64,000 nucleotides of DNA from Lingula anatina (Eukaryota > Animalia > Brachiopoda). The translations under genes and the position numbers were made by a program. The notes under the pieces were generated by a model, which searched no databases, was not told the origin of the DNA, and saw nothing but the letters and a program-made list of their open reading frames with translations. The stretch is taken from contig CM120641.1 of NCBI GenBank assembly GCA_051362555.1, positions 44,026,401-44,090,400 of the forward strand. The letters are read 5' to 3'. Of the stretch, positions 62,600 through 64,000 are shown one piece after another (position 1 is the first letter of the stretch; each line of letters opens with the position of its first letter).

Positions 62600-62632
<33 letters not shown>

Positions 62633-64000
62633 GGAGGGGTGGGGAGGGGGAAGTTTCGGGTAGCACAACTTCTATACGGTGCAATGGGAGAGGTGAACAC
62701 ATTAACGCGTTTGGTTAAACAAAGGACGACTATATTTTCTTGAAAATAAAATGACCATATAAAGTGGTAATTTTGTCTGCTGAACACATAAAAGAATGCC
62801 ATATTCTGATCTTCAAAATTTTAGACGGTAATCACTGTGTGACTTTTTTATTCAATTGTGGCTCTTTTTCAACAAGGAACATTTCATCATGCTTTTAAGT
62901 CTTCGTTTTTATTTATTGCCAATGGGATTCGAGGGGCGGATCCAGGAATATTTGAAGGGGGGAGGGGGTCCACAGATGCAAAGCCGATCCGACCCCCTCC
63001 CCCCCCCCCCCCCCCATATTGAGGATACCATGATGTTGCAGCGCGTCTTGCTTCATTGATGGGCGCATTGTCCTGCTCTAAAGAAGTGTTTGTGGCTGGA
63101 TTTGCCTAAATATATGCGCCCCAACAGGAATTCTTCTCTGTATCGTTCACTAATGAAACATCCCTTGAATGACGTACAGTGGTGATTTTTCATCATGTGA
63201 GACACCGACCCAGACAAACCTTACGGCACCCTACACACGTGGGAGAACAAAATCGTCCTGAAACGCTTTCAATTGGTTTGGACCTCTCCGAACTCATAAC
63301 TGACCATCTGCAAACAACTGCTCTGTACATAATTTGCCACAATAAAATGCTTGGTTGCCGAGAAAATTAAGAAATAAGAAAGTGTTGCTTAACTTATTAG
63401 ATGAGTGAATATGGGTCAATGCAATCATCAATTTATTTTTAACCTCCTTAACTCTCAAGATGAATTTGATTGAGGTGATATTGACAGGAAACGATAATAT
63501 GAAAATAGATATTTGGGACAAGTGTGGGACAATACATACCTTTTTTGGTGAGTTTGTCTGTTGTCTTTATTTGTATATTATGCTCGTACATATACTTTAA
63601 AAATCAACGTCTGTCTAATTTTCATACGGTAGGCAATTGCAGTTAAAAGATTGTGCTTTTTTTAATGCAATACAATTAATTTCCTGCAATATGGTGGTTA
63701 TGCTAAAACTCCGCCGCATAATATTAAAGTACCAGTACCAATATCCAAAACGGCTGGAGTATATTTATTTTTCACTAGGAACTTAAACGCTATCCGGGTA
63801 TGCTTTTAACAGTAGATATGATAGATAGCGGCTTAAAGAACCTTGGGTCACATCCATGTTTTAGGGGATAACAATTGTCTGCATGAGGTTCATATATGTA
63901 TTTCACAACAATAATTGTAAACAACTAATAAAAAAAAATTCAACTTTGCCACCAAAGCCTCGGTTATTGCAATTATCTGTATTCCTTACTTGACATCAGA

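Noticed and set aside
56836-62802. Minus-strand ORFs with THTHTH runs (also 470-661 on +)
   Set aside because: Translations of (CA/TG)n microsatellites, for the two minus-strand ORFs also antisense to the SMB exon.

Overview
AT-rich, intron-containing animal genomic DNA, probably from a bivalve mollusc (inferred from repeat types and gene content). I assembled the exons by hand from GT-AG sites, and each complete model sums to a whole number of codons. From left to right: (1) a tandem cluster of atypical Notch-ligand-like genes at 1-21 kb. The complete copies encode a signal peptide and a Delta/Jagged-type N-terminal C2 (MNNL) domain, have only a single 2-Cys remnant where the DSL domain should be, and then carry EGF repeats. 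Three + strand copies lack a TM helix (one partial, 457 aa, 383 aa). One convergent - strand copy of about 1800 aa is type-I membrane, with 30 EGFs (23 from a homogenised 114-bp array in a single 4.2-kb exon), a mucin stalk, a SEA-like module, a TM helix and a short tail. A pseudogenised relic of its TM region also lies in the cluster. (2) RBM22 (+), with a duplicated Helentron-like element in intron 7. (3) MOB1 (-), head-to-head with (4) hnRNP H/F (+), which keeps a 139-nt exon flanked by G-runs like the autoregulated exon 4 of human HNRNPH1. (5) A secreted somatomedin-B/EndoU ribonuclease and the start of a recent tandem duplicate. Several small non-autonomous DNA transposons are also present. 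The best candidate for an undescribed system is the DSL-less C2-EGF cluster with soluble and tethered members.
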